From Bradymonadia bacterium (GTDB lineage: Bacteria > Myxococcota_A > Bradymonadia > UBA7976 > UBA1532): a DNA stretch of 64,000 nt. The stretch lies in assembly GCA_046290225.1 (NCBI GenBank), contig JBKAGE010000003.1, positions 33,244 through 97,243 on the forward strand, given 5' to 3'. The position numbers and the translations under genes are program-made. Below the pieces are notes generated by a model, which saw only the letters and a program-made list of their open reading frames with translations, made no database searches and was not told where the DNA came from. The first letter of the stretch is position 1; the number at the start of each line of letters is the position of its first letter. Positions 38,661 through 48,973 of the stretch are shown here, one piece after another.

Positions 38661-39802
38661 AGATCGCCCTCGTGGGCCCCACCCACCCTTTTCGCGGTGG
38701 CATCAGTCACTACAACACGCTGCTGTACCAACACCTGAAGGCTCACTCTCCGGAGACGCGCTTTTATGCGTTCTGGAGGCAGTATCCGCAGTGGCTGTTC
38801 CCCGGACAGAGCGATCGAGATCCCAGCGCCGAGGCTCTCACCGCCGACGGCGTGGAGCACGTGCTCGACGGGTGCAACCCGGCGACCTTTGCCCGTCTCG
38901 GGTGGCGGTTGCGGCGAGATCGTCCCGATCTACTCGTCCTGCCCTGGTGGGTGGTCTTCTGGGCGCCCCATTACTTGACATTGTTGTCCATCGCTCGCCC
39001 TCGTCGGACCGTTTTTTTGGTGCACAACGCCCATGAACACGAAGACCACTGGGCCAAGCGTAGAGTGACCCGAGAGGTCCTCGCCCGTGGAGACGGCTTC
39101 TTGTGTCACACGCGGGAAGACGAAGCCAAGCTGGGTGCCATGAAACTCGGAGGGCCCATCGCCCGGGCCTTTCACCCCACATACGAAGACATCGCCCCCG
39201 GGGCACCGAGGGCGGAAGCCCGCAGGCGCCTGCGAGAGACCTTTGACGATGGTCTCGACCCCTCTGATCCGGTGATCTTGTTCTTCGGGTTCGTGCGACC
39301 CTACAAGGGCCTCGAGGATCTACTCATTGCCCTGGCAAAGGCCGACACCCCCGCCCGCCTTTGGGTAGTGGGTGAGTTCTGGCAGGGTGGTCGGGCCACA
39401 ATCGACGCTCAGATCAGCACCATCGGCCTCGGCGATCGGGTGCGCATCATGGATCGGTACGTGGCCAATGAAGAGATCGGCGATTATTTCAGCGCCGCCG
39501 ATGTCGTGGCGCTGCCCTATCGCAGCGGCACCGGCAGCGGGGTCCTGCAGCTCGCCTTCGGGCACCGCCGGCCGGTGATCGCCACCGCCGTGGGCAGCCA
39601 GGCAGACGCTGTTCGCCATGGCGCCACTGGCTTGCTGGTGCCTCCTGAAGCGCCAGAGGCCCTCGCTGGGGCCATCGACCAGTTCTTCAGGGATGAAGAC
39701 AATGTGCCGTACGACAGGCACATCGACGAAGACGTGAAGGGGCGGTTCAGCTGGACCGCACTCGTAGATGCCCTCGTGAGTGTGGCTCACGACGGTCACT
39801 GA
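38657..39802 (+). CDS. Glycosyltransferase family 4
   Basis: GPTHPFRGGISHY, LFFGFVRPYKGL, ADVVALPY, RPVIATAVG. Confidence 0.93.
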   Translation: MKIALVGPTHPFRGGISHYNTLLYQHLKAHSPETRFYAFWRQYPQWLFPGQSDRDPSAEALTADGVEHVLDGCNPATFARLGWRLRRDRPDLLVLPWWVVFWAPHYLTLLSIARPRRTVFLVHNAHEHEDHWAKRRVTREVLARGDGFLCHTREDEAKLGAMKLGGPIARAFHPTYEDIAPGAPRAEARRRLRETFDDGLDPSDPVILFFGFVRPYKGLEDLLIALAKADTPARLWVVGEFWQGGRATIDAQISTIGLGDRVRIMDRYVANEEIGDYFSAADVVALPYRSGTGSGVLQLAFGHRRPVIATAVGSQADAVRHGATGLLVPPEAPEALAGAIDQFFRDEDNVPYDRHIDEDVKGRFSWTALVDALVSVAHDGH

Positions 39803-39828
39803 CACCGGCTCGCTCCTGAGGAGATGCC

Positions 39829-40971
39829 ATGGACGCCCGCAGCTTCATGACCGATCTCCTGCCCAAGATGCCCAACTTTCTCCTGGCACGGGCAGGACTC
39901 GCCAAGGCCAAGGCCCCCATCACGCTCACGTACTCTGTGACCAACCAGTGCCAGTCGCGCTGCAAAACCTGCAACATCTGGGAGATTTATCCCAAGAAAT
40001 GGCAGAGCCGGAGCACGGAGCTCACCCTCGACGAGCTCGATCAGGTCTTCGGCAGCCTCGGGCACATCTACTTCTTCAACATCAGCGGTGGAGAGCCATT
40101 CCTCAGGCGTGATTTGCCGGAGATCGTGGAGCGGGCCATCAAGCACATGAGCCCCCGCATCATTCACTCGCCCACCAACGCCCTGACGCCCAAGCGGATC
40201 GAGACCATGGTGGTGGAGATCTGCGAGAAGATGGCCGCGCTGGACTACACCCATGTGCCCTTGACCATCAAGCCCAGCTACGACGGCATCGGCAAGGATC
40301 ACGACTTCGTCCGGGGGATCCCGGGCAACTTCGAAAAGCTGATGGACACCATCGAGCGGCTCAAGGCGGTCTCCAAGGAATACCCTTGGCTGCACGTCGA
40401 GGTGGGCACGGTCATCAGCAACTTCAACAAGCACAAGATCGACGAGATTGCCGACTTCGGCCACAGCCTCGGCGTAGAGAGCTACCGCAACGAGATCGCC
40501 GAGCAGCGCGAGGAGTTCCTCAACGTAGGTGATCCGATCACCCCGTCTCCGTCAGAGTATCGGGAGATCATCGATCTCTTCAGCGGGCGCATTCGAGAGA
40601 ACCTCAAAAAGAAACGTGCCTATGCCCGGGTGACCGAGGCCTTCCGTCTGGTCTATTATCAGTACGTGGTGAAGATCCTCGAGGAGAAGCGCCAGGTGCT
40701 GCCCTGCTACGCCGGCATTACCAACATCCACCTGAACCCCCACGGGGACGTGTGGCCCTGCTGTGTGCTCGGCTATCGCAAGTCCATGGGCAATGTCAGG
40801 GACTTCGATCTCGACGTGATGGCTCTGCTCGAATCGGAGCAGGCGGAGTCGGTGCGACGCTTCATCGCCGCTGACGGGTGCGCCTGCCCCCTCGCCAATC
40901 AGAGCTACTCCAACATCCTCATGAGCCCCGTGGCCATGGCCAAGGTCGCCCGAAACATGTTCCTGGGGTAG
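39829..40971 (+). CDS. Radical SAM protein with SPASM/twitch extension
   Basis: CQSRCKTC, ISGGEPFLR, PCYAG...GDVWPCC...CACPL. Confidence 0.92.
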   Translation: MDARSFMTDLLPKMPNFLLARAGLAKAKAPITLTYSVTNQCQSRCKTCNIWEIYPKKWQSRSTELTLDELDQVFGSLGHIYFFNISGGEPFLRRDLPEIVERAIKHMSPRIIHSPTNALTPKRIETMVVEICEKMAALDYTHVPLTIKPSYDGIGKDHDFVRGIPGNFEKLMDTIERLKAVSKEYPWLHVEVGTVISNFNKHKIDEIADFGHSLGVESYRNEIAEQREEFLNVGDPITPSPSEYREIIDLFSGRIRENLKKKRAYARVTEAFRLVYYQYVVKILEEKRQVLPCYAGITNIHLNPHGDVWPCCVLGYRKSMGNVRDFDLDVMALLESEQAESVRRFIAADGCACPLANQSYSNILMSPVAMAKVARNMFLG

Positions 40972-40974
40972 GCC

Positions 40975-42624
40975 GTGGGGTACGAGACAAAGCTCTTCGA
41001 CGTCCCCATCCTGATCATCCTGTGCGGGTTGGCGATCATGGGGGTGGTGCGTCACCCCACCTACGCGATGTACGGCTACTACATCGTCGGCTTCATGCGC
41101 CCAAACGAGATGAGCCGCTGGCTCTTCGACATGCGCCTCTCGATGATGCTCGTGGGATCCACCCTCATCGGCTTCGTCATCATGATGGGCAACGAGGGGG
41201 TCCGAAAAGTCAGGGGCGCACCGGTGGCCATTCTGGCCCTGATGGTGCTGCACATGTTCCTCGTGGGGAAAGTGCACGAGGGCAATGGCATGCTCCAGAA
41301 CAGCATCGGCCATTGGCAGCGGTTCGACTACTACTGGAAGATGGCGATGATGATGTGGATCGCCAGCAAGATCTTCTCGAACCCGGCCTACATCCAAAAA
41401 GCCCTCACAGTGCTGGCGATGTGTGGTGCCTACCTCGCGATCTGGCAGAACCACCGGTACTTCTTCTTGTATCAGCAGCCCCCCCTCGCCGGCCCTGGGC
41501 CTCACCTCTCGATCTGGGCAGGCCTCTTCGCTGATCGCAATGACTTCGCGATGATGTTCTCCATGAGCGTGCCCATGTTCTGGTACGTGGGACAGCTGCA
41601 GAAACGCTTGATCTTCAAGCTCGCCTGGCTGGGCATGATCCCCGTGGCGCTGCACGCCGTGCTGCTCACGGAGAGCCGTGGTGGCCTCCTGGGGATCTCT
41701 GTGGCCATGGGCTACATCACCTGGCACAGCAAGCGCCGTGTCTTGATGTCCATCGCCGGCCTCATCGGCATGATCATGTTCGTGCTGCTCTTCGCCACGG
41801 AGAAGATGCTCAAGCGGTACGGCACCATCACCAACTACGAGCAGGACGCCTCTGCCCTCGGCCGTAAGGCCGCATGGCAGGTGGGCATGCGCATGGCGTG
41901 GGCCAACCCCATCTGGGGTCGTGGCCTGAACAACTTCGTCGCCGCGTACTACGACTACCAGCCAAATTACCGACCCAAGTACCACGTGTACCCCAACGGC
42001 AAAGTCGAGCTGATCATGGATCTCGAATGGGAGATCTATCGTGCGCGTCAGGCCCACAATATGTGGGTTCAGACGGGCGGTGAGCTGGGCATCCTGGGCA
42101 TCGTGCTGTTGGCCCTCTACATCATCTCCGTCTTGATCATGACCCGGTTCCGGATCGCGTCGAAGATCAAGCGGATCGGGTCCCGCGGCCCTCCCGACAT
42201 CGACATCAAGGTGATGCGCCAGATGCTCGAGTGCCCCTTCGGTCCATATTTGATCACCGGGTTCTTCTTGAGTATGCAGCACTTTGAGTACATTTTCGTG
42301 CTCGGCGCCCTGGCGACCTCGTACAACGCCTGGCTCGGACGCTACATCGCTGCTCTGGAGAAGGGGGAAGACCTCGTCCCGAGCGATGGACCGCCGCCGC
42401 AGCTGGACGAGTCCGAGGACGCACCAAAGGCGCCACCCCGAGACAAGCGGCGCTGGCGCAAGCCACAACCCGCGCCCTCTCCGGGCACAGGTGCGACAGG
42501 CAACGGCTCGACCGGCAATGGCTCGACCGGCAATGGCTCGACCGGCAATGGCTCGCAGGCGCCTGGAGTCAACGACGACCGCTGGAGTCACTTCCCGCCG
42601 CCGAGGAGGCAAGAGAACACGTGA
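40975..42624 (+). CDS. O-antigen ligase/Wzy_C family membrane protein (putative O-glycosylation ligase type)
   Basis: Many TMs, DRNDFA, LTESRGGLLG, DASALGRKAAW, NPIWGRG, AHNMWVQTGGELGILG. Confidence 0.9.
   Translation: MGYETKLFDVPILIILCGLAIMGVVRHPTYAMYGYYIVGFMRPNEMSRWLFDMRLSMMLVGSTLIGFVIMMGNEGVRKVRGAPVAILALMVLHMFLVGKVHEGNGMLQNSIGHWQRFDYYWKMAMMMWIASKIFSNPAYIQKALTVLAMCGAYLAIWQNHRYFFLYQQPPLAGPGPHLSIWAGLFADRNDFAMMFSMSVPMFWYVGQLQKRLIFKLAWLGMIPVALHAVLLTESRGGLLGISVAMGYITWHSKRRVLMSIAGLIGMIMFVLLFATEKMLKRYGTITNYEQDASALGRKAAWQVGMRMAWANPIWGRGLNNFVAAYYDYQPNYRPKYHVYPNGKVELIMDLEWEIYRARQAHNMWVQTGGELGILGIVLLALYIISVLIMTRFRIASKIKRIGSRGPPDIDIKVMRQMLECPFGPYLITGFFLSMQHFEYIFVLGALATSYNAWLGRYIAALEKGEDLVPSDGPPPQLDESEDAPKAPPRDKRRWRKPQPAPSPGTGATGNGSTGNGSTGNGSTGNGSQAPGVNDDRWSHFPPPRRQENT
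42496..42555 (+). repeat. 15-bp tandem repeat x4 encoding (TGNGS)4
   Basis: ACAGGCAACGGCTCG followed by three exact ACCGGCAATGGCTCG. Confidence 0.95.
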
Positions 42625-43769
42625 TCGGGCAAATGTTGGGGCGACTCGGCCGACGAGACCAGCCCATCGGGGTGATGCACGTGGTGCACACCCTCAATGT
42701 GGGTGGGGCCGAGAAGCTGGTGCACGATCTGGCCCTCGCCGTCGATCGTCAGCGATTTCGGCCAGTGGTGGCCTGCCTTGACGAGGGCGGTGCCCTCGAA
42801 GCAGGCCTGAAGGCCGAGGGGATCCCCGTGGAGATTCTCCACCGGGCCCCAGGGCTGAGACCGGATGTGGTGGGGCGCCTCGCCGCGGCATGCGTCAAGC
42901 ATCGCATCGACGTCATCCACGCCCATCAGTACACCCCGTTCTTCTATGGGCTGCTCGCCGGCCGCCTCGCAGGCTGGAAGCGATGCCTGCTCACCGAACA
43001 CGGGCGACATTTCCCTGATGTGCGCAAACCCAAGCGGGTCGCCGCCAACCAGTTGCTCTGGCGCCTCAACGGGGCCACCGTGGCGGTGAGCGAGTTCACT
43101 CGACAGGCACTCATCGACAACGACGGGTTCCCTCCGCATCACGTTCGAGTGCTCTACAACGGCATCGACACCCGCCGGTTCGATGATCTGCCACCTCGTG
43201 ACGACATCCGTGCGAGCCTGGGCGTCACGCCCGACACCCCTGTGGTGGGCATCTGCGCGCGGATGAGCCCCGAGAAGAACCTGCCCTTGCTGGTAGACGC
43301 CTTCGCTCGTCTGCGTCAGGTACAACCAGAGGCGGTGTTGCTCCTCGCGGGCGACGGACCAGCTCGAGCTGATGTGGAGCAGCGGGCTTCAGCCCTCGAC
43401 CTCGGTGACGCGGTGCGTTTTCTCGGCTTCAGAAAAGATGTGCCTGCCCTGGTGACGGCCTACGACGTCTTCGCGCTGTCCAGCCTCACGGAGGGCACCT
43501 CGGTCACCTTGCTCGAGGCCATGTACGGTCGATGCCCTGTTGTGGCCACCGCCGTGGGTGGCAACCCCGAAATCGTCGCTGACGGAGAGACCGGCGTACT
43601 GGTGCCCTCTGAAGATGTGGAGACCTTCGCCGGAGCGTTGGTGCACATGTTCGAAGACCGCGACGAGGCCCTGCGCATGGGCGTGAGGGGCAGAGCCCGA
43701 GTGCAGGCCCACTTCACCTTCGACGGCATGGTCAAGGCCTACGAGGACCTCTACACGGACCTCGCCTGA
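42621..43769 (+). CDS. Glycosyltransferase family 4
   Basis: HVVHTLNVGGAE, TEHG, YNGID, LSSLTEGTSVTLLEAM, ATAVGGNPEIV. Confidence 0.93.
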   Translation: MIGQMLGRLGRRDQPIGVMHVVHTLNVGGAEKLVHDLALAVDRQRFRPVVACLDEGGALEAGLKAEGIPVEILHRAPGLRPDVVGRLAAACVKHRIDVIHAHQYTPFFYGLLAGRLAGWKRCLLTEHGRHFPDVRKPKRVAANQLLWRLNGATVAVSEFTRQALIDNDGFPPHHVRVLYNGIDTRRFDDLPPRDDIRASLGVTPDTPVVGICARMSPEKNLPLLVDAFARLRQVQPEAVLLLAGDGPARADVEQRASALDLGDAVRFLGFRKDVPALVTAYDVFALSSLTEGTSVTLLEAMYGRCPVVATAVGGNPEIVADGETGVLVPSEDVETFAGALVHMFEDRDEALRMGVRGRARVQAHFTFDGMVKAYEDLYTDLA

Positions 43770-43859
43770 GCCACTCTTTCACTGATCTTACGATGCAGCT
43801 TGAGCCCGAGGCTTCTTCGGCCGTTTACCCAGGGGGAACCACACCTGGAGTGAGGGCTG

Positions 43860-46355
43860 ATGATTTCAGAGGGTTTGACGCGGACTGACGAGGTTGATCC
43901 CCTGAGCCGGTTGAGGAGCTTGGGGCAACGGCTCGATGATCTGCTCACACGACAGGCTGAGCTGCTCGATCAGCTCAACCGCTATCACCCGTCCATCTAC
44001 CCCCCTATGTGGCGCGCTCAGCTCGCCCAGCTGCCAGAGGCGGAGATCATGTCGGCCCTGGACGCTTGGGGACGCTGGTCCGACGAGCTCTCCCAATGCC
44101 TGAGCAAGACCGCCGTGGCAGAGCCCGGTACGGCGGCCGCCGAGGAGGCTGATCTCTTCTCCTGCTGGGATGACGAGGAAGACGACGAAGCGGTCTGGGC
44201 CCTTCCGAGCTCAGAGTCCGAGCGCGCTCTCGAGTCTGTCGCAGGATCGACCACTGTGGCCGAGATGGCCCCCTCCGCGCCCCCACCTGCTGAGGAGGCG
44301 TTCCCGGCTCAGCCTGAGCCCACCTTCGCAGAGCCTGAGCCAGAGGTGCAGATCGCGGAGCCTGATCTGAAGGATCTCGAATTCAGTGAGCACGCATCCC
44401 TGGATGCTTTCGGGGAAGAGATGCCGATCGAGGCTGAGGAGGATGCTTGGGCTGCCGTGGCCCTCGAAGCCCCTTCGGCTGACGAGGAGGTGGTGCTCGA
44501 TGCAACCCCTGACTCAACACCTGAAGCCCGAGCTGAGACCCCAATGGAGTTCATTGAAGCCGACTCTTCCGAGATTGACCTCGCCCATGACTTCACAGAG
44601 GCCGGACACAGCTCTGATGATGGAGACGAGGCAGCCTGGACTGAGGAGGGAGATCTCGACGAGCCTGCTCTCACAGATGAATTCGTCGCTGAGATGTTGA
44701 GCCCAGAGGGGGAAGAGCCCCCCATCCTCGAAGAGCCTGCCTTCTCTGAGACCTCAGATCTGGATGAGATGCTTCAGACAGGTGCAGTCGAGCAGGCCGC
44801 CAATGCCGATCCTGAGGAGAGTGTGCTGCCCAGCGAGCATCACGATGAGGCCGTCGAAGATGAGTTCCCGCCTGAAGCGCAATTCGACGTAGAAGACGAC
44901 GCCTGGGAGAGCACTCCCCCTGAGACCGAGCCGGGAGATCAGATCTCGGAAGAGGCAGCCTTCGGCGAAGAGCACGCAGAAGACAGTGCTGATGAAGACT
45001 TCACCGATGGGGGTTTTGTTGATGAGGGCTTTGCTGATGAGGGCACCTCGGAAGCTGCTCTCTCAGAAGAGGCCCTTCCTGATGAGGCGATGTTCGATGG
45101 TGAGATGTCTGAGGCGCTTGCCACAGAGCACGATGTCGACGACCCCGATCAGTACTCGGAGGTGGACTCCGATGAAGAGGAGGCTGCCGCCGCGTTGATG
45201 GAGGGCCTGGATGATGAAGCCGTCTCGGACCCAGAAGCCGCCTCAGACACTGGAGAAGGTGTCGACTGGGGCGCTGAGGCGGACTGGGACACCGACAACA
45301 TCGGCGATGTGTCCGATCCCGACGAGATCATCAACCCGACACCAGATGAGCCCTCTGATGCCGACGAAGAGCTCTCGGAAGACGAAGATCTCGATGCAGC
45401 CTGGGGCGCAGCCCTCGCAGAGGCTGAGGGTGACCCGGAAGCTGGGGGGGATCCGGAGCCCTCAGATGAGCTGACCAATGACATCGAGGCCCTCACTGCA
45501 GCCACCGCCGAAGAAGAAGAGGAAGAGGCGTTGCTCGATCCGGGGACAGCCGGCGAGGTGGACGACCTGTTTCAGGAATTCGACGACGATCCACTGGCAG
45601 ATCTCGATCCTTGGGACTTCGACGAGGGCATGGGAGAGCTCGACCCGGAGAACTTCGGCGCCTCTCTCGGGACCGCAGAGTCCTTTGTCCGCACGAGCCC
45701 TGGTGGCAGCAGTGAAGGCCGAGAGCCGCTGATCGAGGGGCCACGCCCAGCTCAGGGTGAAGATCCGTGGTCTGCCCTCGACACAACACCGGTACCTGTG
45801 GGCAGCGAAGGGGTGAAGTCCATCAACCGCGACGAGATCATGCCTGCGGAGCCTGGCAGTGAAGAGGCGCCCCTGGAAGAGGATTTCGGCAGCATGGAGG
45901 CGGGCTGGCTGGAGACGCTCGGTACAGAGGACTCGCCCGAGGACTTCGCAGCAACGGGTGCAGCGATGGATTCAGCGGGGGGCTTTGGAGAAGACGACGC
46001 TCCGGGTGAAGCCCTGGAGCCTCAGATGATGCATTGTGTCGTCGATGACCACTACGGCTACCGATTCTTCATGGGCGAAGACACCCGGATCGCTTCCGGT
46101 GGGCTCTTCGTACCTTCTGATGAGCCGTTCCCTGTAGGCACCCATGTAGACATCGACTTCGACATCCCCGATGGGCCACAGATCACAGCTCAGACCGTGG
46201 TGGCGTGGCTCCAGACCGTCGAGACAAACGAGCTGCTGCCGGGCATGGCGCTGGCTTTCAAAGAGCTCCTGCCTCAGGACGAAGCGGCCATCGAAGCCTA
46301 TGTGGAGAATTTCGGGGCTCTACCGCCCAAGATCGACTCTGAATTCGATATTTGA
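43860..46355 (+). CDS. Very acidic, largely disordered protein with C-terminal PilZ-like (TIGR02266-type) domain
   Basis: About 600 aa of D/E-rich low complexity. C-terminus IASGGLFVPSDEPFPVGTHV...VVAW...PGMALAF...AIEAYV. Confidence 0.8.
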   Translation: MISEGLTRTDEVDPLSRLRSLGQRLDDLLTRQAELLDQLNRYHPSIYPPMWRAQLAQLPEAEIMSALDAWGRWSDELSQCLSKTAVAEPGTAAAEEADLFSCWDDEEDDEAVWALPSSESERALESVAGSTTVAEMAPSAPPPAEEAFPAQPEPTFAEPEPEVQIAEPDLKDLEFSEHASLDAFGEEMPIEAEEDAWAAVALEAPSADEEVVLDATPDSTPEARAETPMEFIEADSSEIDLAHDFTEAGHSSDDGDEAAWTEEGDLDEPALTDEFVAEMLSPEGEEPPILEEPAFSETSDLDEMLQTGAVEQAANADPEESVLPSEHHDEAVEDEFPPEAQFDVEDDAWESTPPETEPGDQISEEAAFGEEHAEDSADEDFTDGGFVDEGFADEGTSEAALSEEALPDEAMFDGEMSEALATEHDVDDPDQYSEVDSDEEEAAAALMEGLDDEAVSDPEAASDTGEGVDWGAEADWDTDNIGDVSDPDEIINPTPDEPSDADEELSEDEDLDAAWGAALAEAEGDPEAGGDPEPSDELTNDIEALTAATAEEEEEEALLDPGTAGEVDDLFQEFDDDPLADLDPWDFDEGMGELDPENFGASLGTAESFVRTSPGGSSEGREPLIEGPRPAQGEDPWSALDTTPVPVGSEGVKSINRDEIMPAEPGSEEAPLEEDFGSMEAGWLETLGTEDSPEDFAATGAAMDSAGGFGEDDAPGEALEPQMMHCVVDDHYGYRFFMGEDTRIASGGLFVPSDEPFPVGTHVDIDFDIPDGPQITAQTVVAWLQTVETNELLPGMALAFKELLPQDEAAIEAYVENFGALPPKIDSEFDI

Positions 46356-46431
46356 TCCCCATCGGTCTGGAGTGTCATCTCGTTGAGACCCGTGGTAGAT
46401 AGGGCTCCTGCTATCGCTCGAAGGATCCCCC

Positions 46432-46944
46432 ATGCGTCTTCACTCCAGCCGTATCCCCTTGATCGTCAAAGATGTCGTACAACGCCTCGTCGAGCAGGAG
46501 CTCATCGAGGTGCTCCCCGACAACGTCAAAGAGGTAGAGCTCGACGTCGAGTCGGTGCTCAAGGAGTACCTCCGGGCCGAACGGCGTCTTACGGAGGAGG
46601 CGAAGGACATCGCCCACAATCAGGGCCTGGGTTACAGCGATCACCAGAAGATCAAGCGCCGTCTGGCCAGCCGTCGTGGCTTCGGGCTCTACGACGACGC
46701 AGTGGGTTACCTCTCGAATCAGCTCATCGAGACCTTCCTGCACACCAACCACATCGAAGAGATCTTCGCAGAAGACAATGAGTTGAGAGCGCAGATCGCC
46801 CCCGTGCTCAAGCGCCACATGTCCAATGAGGATCCCCTCGACGAAGAGGTGCGCAAGCGCATCAAGAACCTCAAAGAGGGCACCCAGGATTGGGAGATCC
46901 GCTACCAGCAGGAGCTCGAGCGGCTCAAGGATCTCATCGGCTGA
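46432..46944 (+). CDS. DUF507 family protein
   Basis: EVELDVESVLKEYLR...LDEEVRKRIKNLKEGTQDWEIRY resembles myxobacterial DUF507 proteins (from recall). Confidence 0.75.
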   Translation: MRLHSSRIPLIVKDVVQRLVEQELIEVLPDNVKEVELDVESVLKEYLRAERRLTEEAKDIAHNQGLGYSDHQKIKRRLASRRGFGLYDDAVGYLSNQLIETFLHTNHIEEIFAEDNELRAQIAPVLKRHMSNEDPLDEEVRKRIKNLKEGTQDWEIRYQQELERLKDLIG

Positions 46945-46961
46945 ACGATCAGTCCCCTGCT

Positions 46962-47040
46962 GCTCACTTCCCAGTCAGCTCACTTCCCAGTCAGCTCACT
47001 TCCCAGTCAGCTCACTTCTCTGTCAGCTCACTCTTCTGTC
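46962..47040. repeat. 16-bp intergenic tandem repeat GCTCACTTCCCAGTCA, about 5 units
   Basis: Three exact copies (46962-47009), one with 2 mismatches (47010-47025) and one degenerate copy overlapping the rnc stop codon. Confidence 0.93.
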
Positions 47041-47801
47041 TGCAATCGAGCCCACGCCGCCTGAGCCGCTGCCCGCTCAGCGTTCTTCTTAGATCGCCCC
47101 TCGCCTTGGGCGATCTCCTCGCCTCCGACCCACAATGCCACGGTGAACACCTTCTCGTGGTCGGGGCCTTCGGATTTCACGAGTCGGTACCGTGGGGTCT
47201 CTCCAAAACGAGACTGCACCAGCTCTTGGACAGCGGTCTTGAAGTCTCGATCGGCCACCTGCACTCGACCCGCCTCGATGTGTGGGCCCAGGCCCGCCAT
47301 GATCAGGGCTCGGGCGGCTTCCATGCCGAGGTCGAGGTAGACTGCCCCGATGACCGCCTCGAAGGCGTCGGCGAGGATCGAGCGTTTTCGATCCCCACCG
47401 GTCATGGCCTCTCCTCGGCCGAGGCGCATCACAGCACCTAGACCGATGCGCCCAGCCTCTTCGGCGAGGCGGCGCGCATTGACGAGGCCGGCCCGCATAC
47501 GGCTGAGCTCCCCCTCTCGCACATTCGGATGCGCGACCATCAACGCATGGCCCACGACCAGCCCCAACACCGCATCTCCGAGGAACTCCAGCCGCTCATT
47601 GTGTGGCGGTGAGTCCCGATGCTCGTGGGTGAAGGATTTATGAGTGAGCGCCTGCATCAAGAGCGCGGTCCGCTCGGGTACACCGTGGGGCCCTTCGGGG
47701 TACCCCAGGCTCGCGGCAAAGTGCGAGATCGCCATCTGAGGATCAGCGGAGGGCTGGTCCGTCTTCTGGTCAGCCTCTTCCTGGCCTTGCTGATCGCTCA
47801 T
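47028..47801 (-). CDS. rnc: Ribonuclease III
   Basis: [32 protein letters not shown] and dsRBD (DFKTAVQE...GRSKKNAE). ATGA overlap with mnmA. Confidence 0.96.
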   Translation of the reverse strand: MSDQQGQEEADQKTDQPSADPQMAISHFAASLGYPEGPHGVPERTALLMQALTHKSFTHEHRDSPPHNERLEFLGDAVLGLVVGHALMVAHPNVREGELSRMRAGLVNARRLAEEAGRIGLGAVMRLGRGEAMTGGDRKRSILADAFEAVIGAVYLDLGMEAARALIMAGLGPHIEAGRVQVADRDFKTAVQELVQSRFGETPRYRLVKSEGPDHEKVFTVALWVGGEEIAQGEGRSKKNAERAAAQAAWARLQTEE

Positions 47802-48934
47802 GAGCCCGAGACCCGAGGCGTTACCTCTCCAGCGGAGAGGACCTGATCTGCGGCGAGGGCCTGGTCGATCCACCCACCACCGATGACTTCGTCACCGTTG
47901 TAGAAGACCGCGGCCTGGCCGCCAGTCACGGCTCGCTGTGGTGCCTGGAATCGCACCACGACCCCTCGGCCATCTTCGGAGGGCCGTACGATGGCCGGCA
48001 CGCCCGGGTGCCGGTACCGAATCTTCACGGTACAGGCCACCTCGGAGGTGGGGGCGAGGCCGCTGATCCAGTTACAACGATTGGCGGTGAGTCCGCCGGC
48101 GAGCAGACCCTCGGCGCCGCCCACGACAATGGTGCGGCCCGGGCCATCGACCTCGAGCACATAGAGTCGGGTACCCGCCGCGACGCCGAGGCCCTTGCGC
48201 TGACCTACAGTGAAATGATGCACACCCTGGTGCTCGCCGAGCACCTTGCCCTCAGTGTTGACGATGGGCCCTGCGCCGGGCACAGCGTCGGCGCCCACGG
48301 TCTGCTCCACCACCTTGGCGTAGTCACCGTCGGGTACGAAGCAGATGTCTTCGCTGTCGGCCTTGTCGGCCACGGCGAGGCCCATGCGATGGGCGTGGGC
48401 GCGGACCTCGTCCTTGGTCATATCGCCCAGGGGGAACCGGGTCCGTGCCAGGGCCTTCTGACGAATGCCGAACAAGAAGTACGACTGGTCCTTGCTGCCA
48501 TCAACCGCAGTGCGCAAGGTCCAGCGATCTCCCTGCTCTACCGAACGGGCATAGTGACCCGTGATGAGCAGATCAGCCCCGAGGGCCCGAGCGCGGGTCA
48601 GCAGCGCCGAAAACTTCAGGTGATCGTTGCACAACACGCAGGGGTTCGGCGTGAGGCCCTCGAGATAGCTCTTGGCGAAGGGCTCGATCACGGCCTTCTT
48701 GAAGGCATCTCGATAGTCGACGACATAGTGCGGTACACCGAGCTGATCACAGACCGCTGCGGCATCGCCGATGTCGTCAGGCGAGCAGCACGAGCCGCCC
48801 TGGCCGCCTCGCTCGAAGGTGGTGGTGTCCCTCAGCCTCATGGTGAGACCGATGACCTCGTGGCCTGCCTCGTGCATCAGGCCGCACGCCACCGAGGAGT
48901 CGACGCCGCCGCTCATGGCCACCATCACACGCAT
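47798..48934 (-). CDS. mnmA: tRNA 2-thiouridine(34) synthase MnmA
   Basis: [53 protein letters not shown]. Confidence 0.97.
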   Translation of the reverse strand: MRVMVAMSGGVDSSVACGLMHEAGHEVIGLTMRLRDTTTFERGGQGGSCCSPDDIGDAAAVCDQLGVPHYVVDYRDAFKKAVIEPFAKSYLEGLTPNPCVLCNDHLKFSALLTRARALGADLLITGHYARSVEQGDRWTLRTAVDGSKDQSYFLFGIRQKALARTRFPLGDMTKDEVRAHAHRMGLAVADKADSEDICFVPDGDYAKVVEQTVGADAVPGAGPIVNTEGKVLGEHQGVHHFTVGQRKGLGVAAGTRLYVLEVDGPGRTIVVGGAEGLLAGGLTANRCNWISGLAPTSEVACTVKIRYRHPGVPAIVRPSEDGRGVVVRFQAPQRAVTGGQAAVFYNGDEVIGGGWIDQALAADQVLSAGEVTPRVSGS

Positions 48935-48973
48935 GATGTGCTCCGTTTTCCCTGTGTCACAGGCTTGTCAGAT

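Noticed and set aside
43770..43859. Structured RNA or terminator in the intergenic gap (CCAGG...CCTGG hairpin)
   Set aside because: Short stems without a U-tract or recognisable family features; expected by chance at this GC.
46962..47040. Possible CRISPR array
   Set aside because: Units are contiguous 16-mers with no spacers and there are no cas genes.
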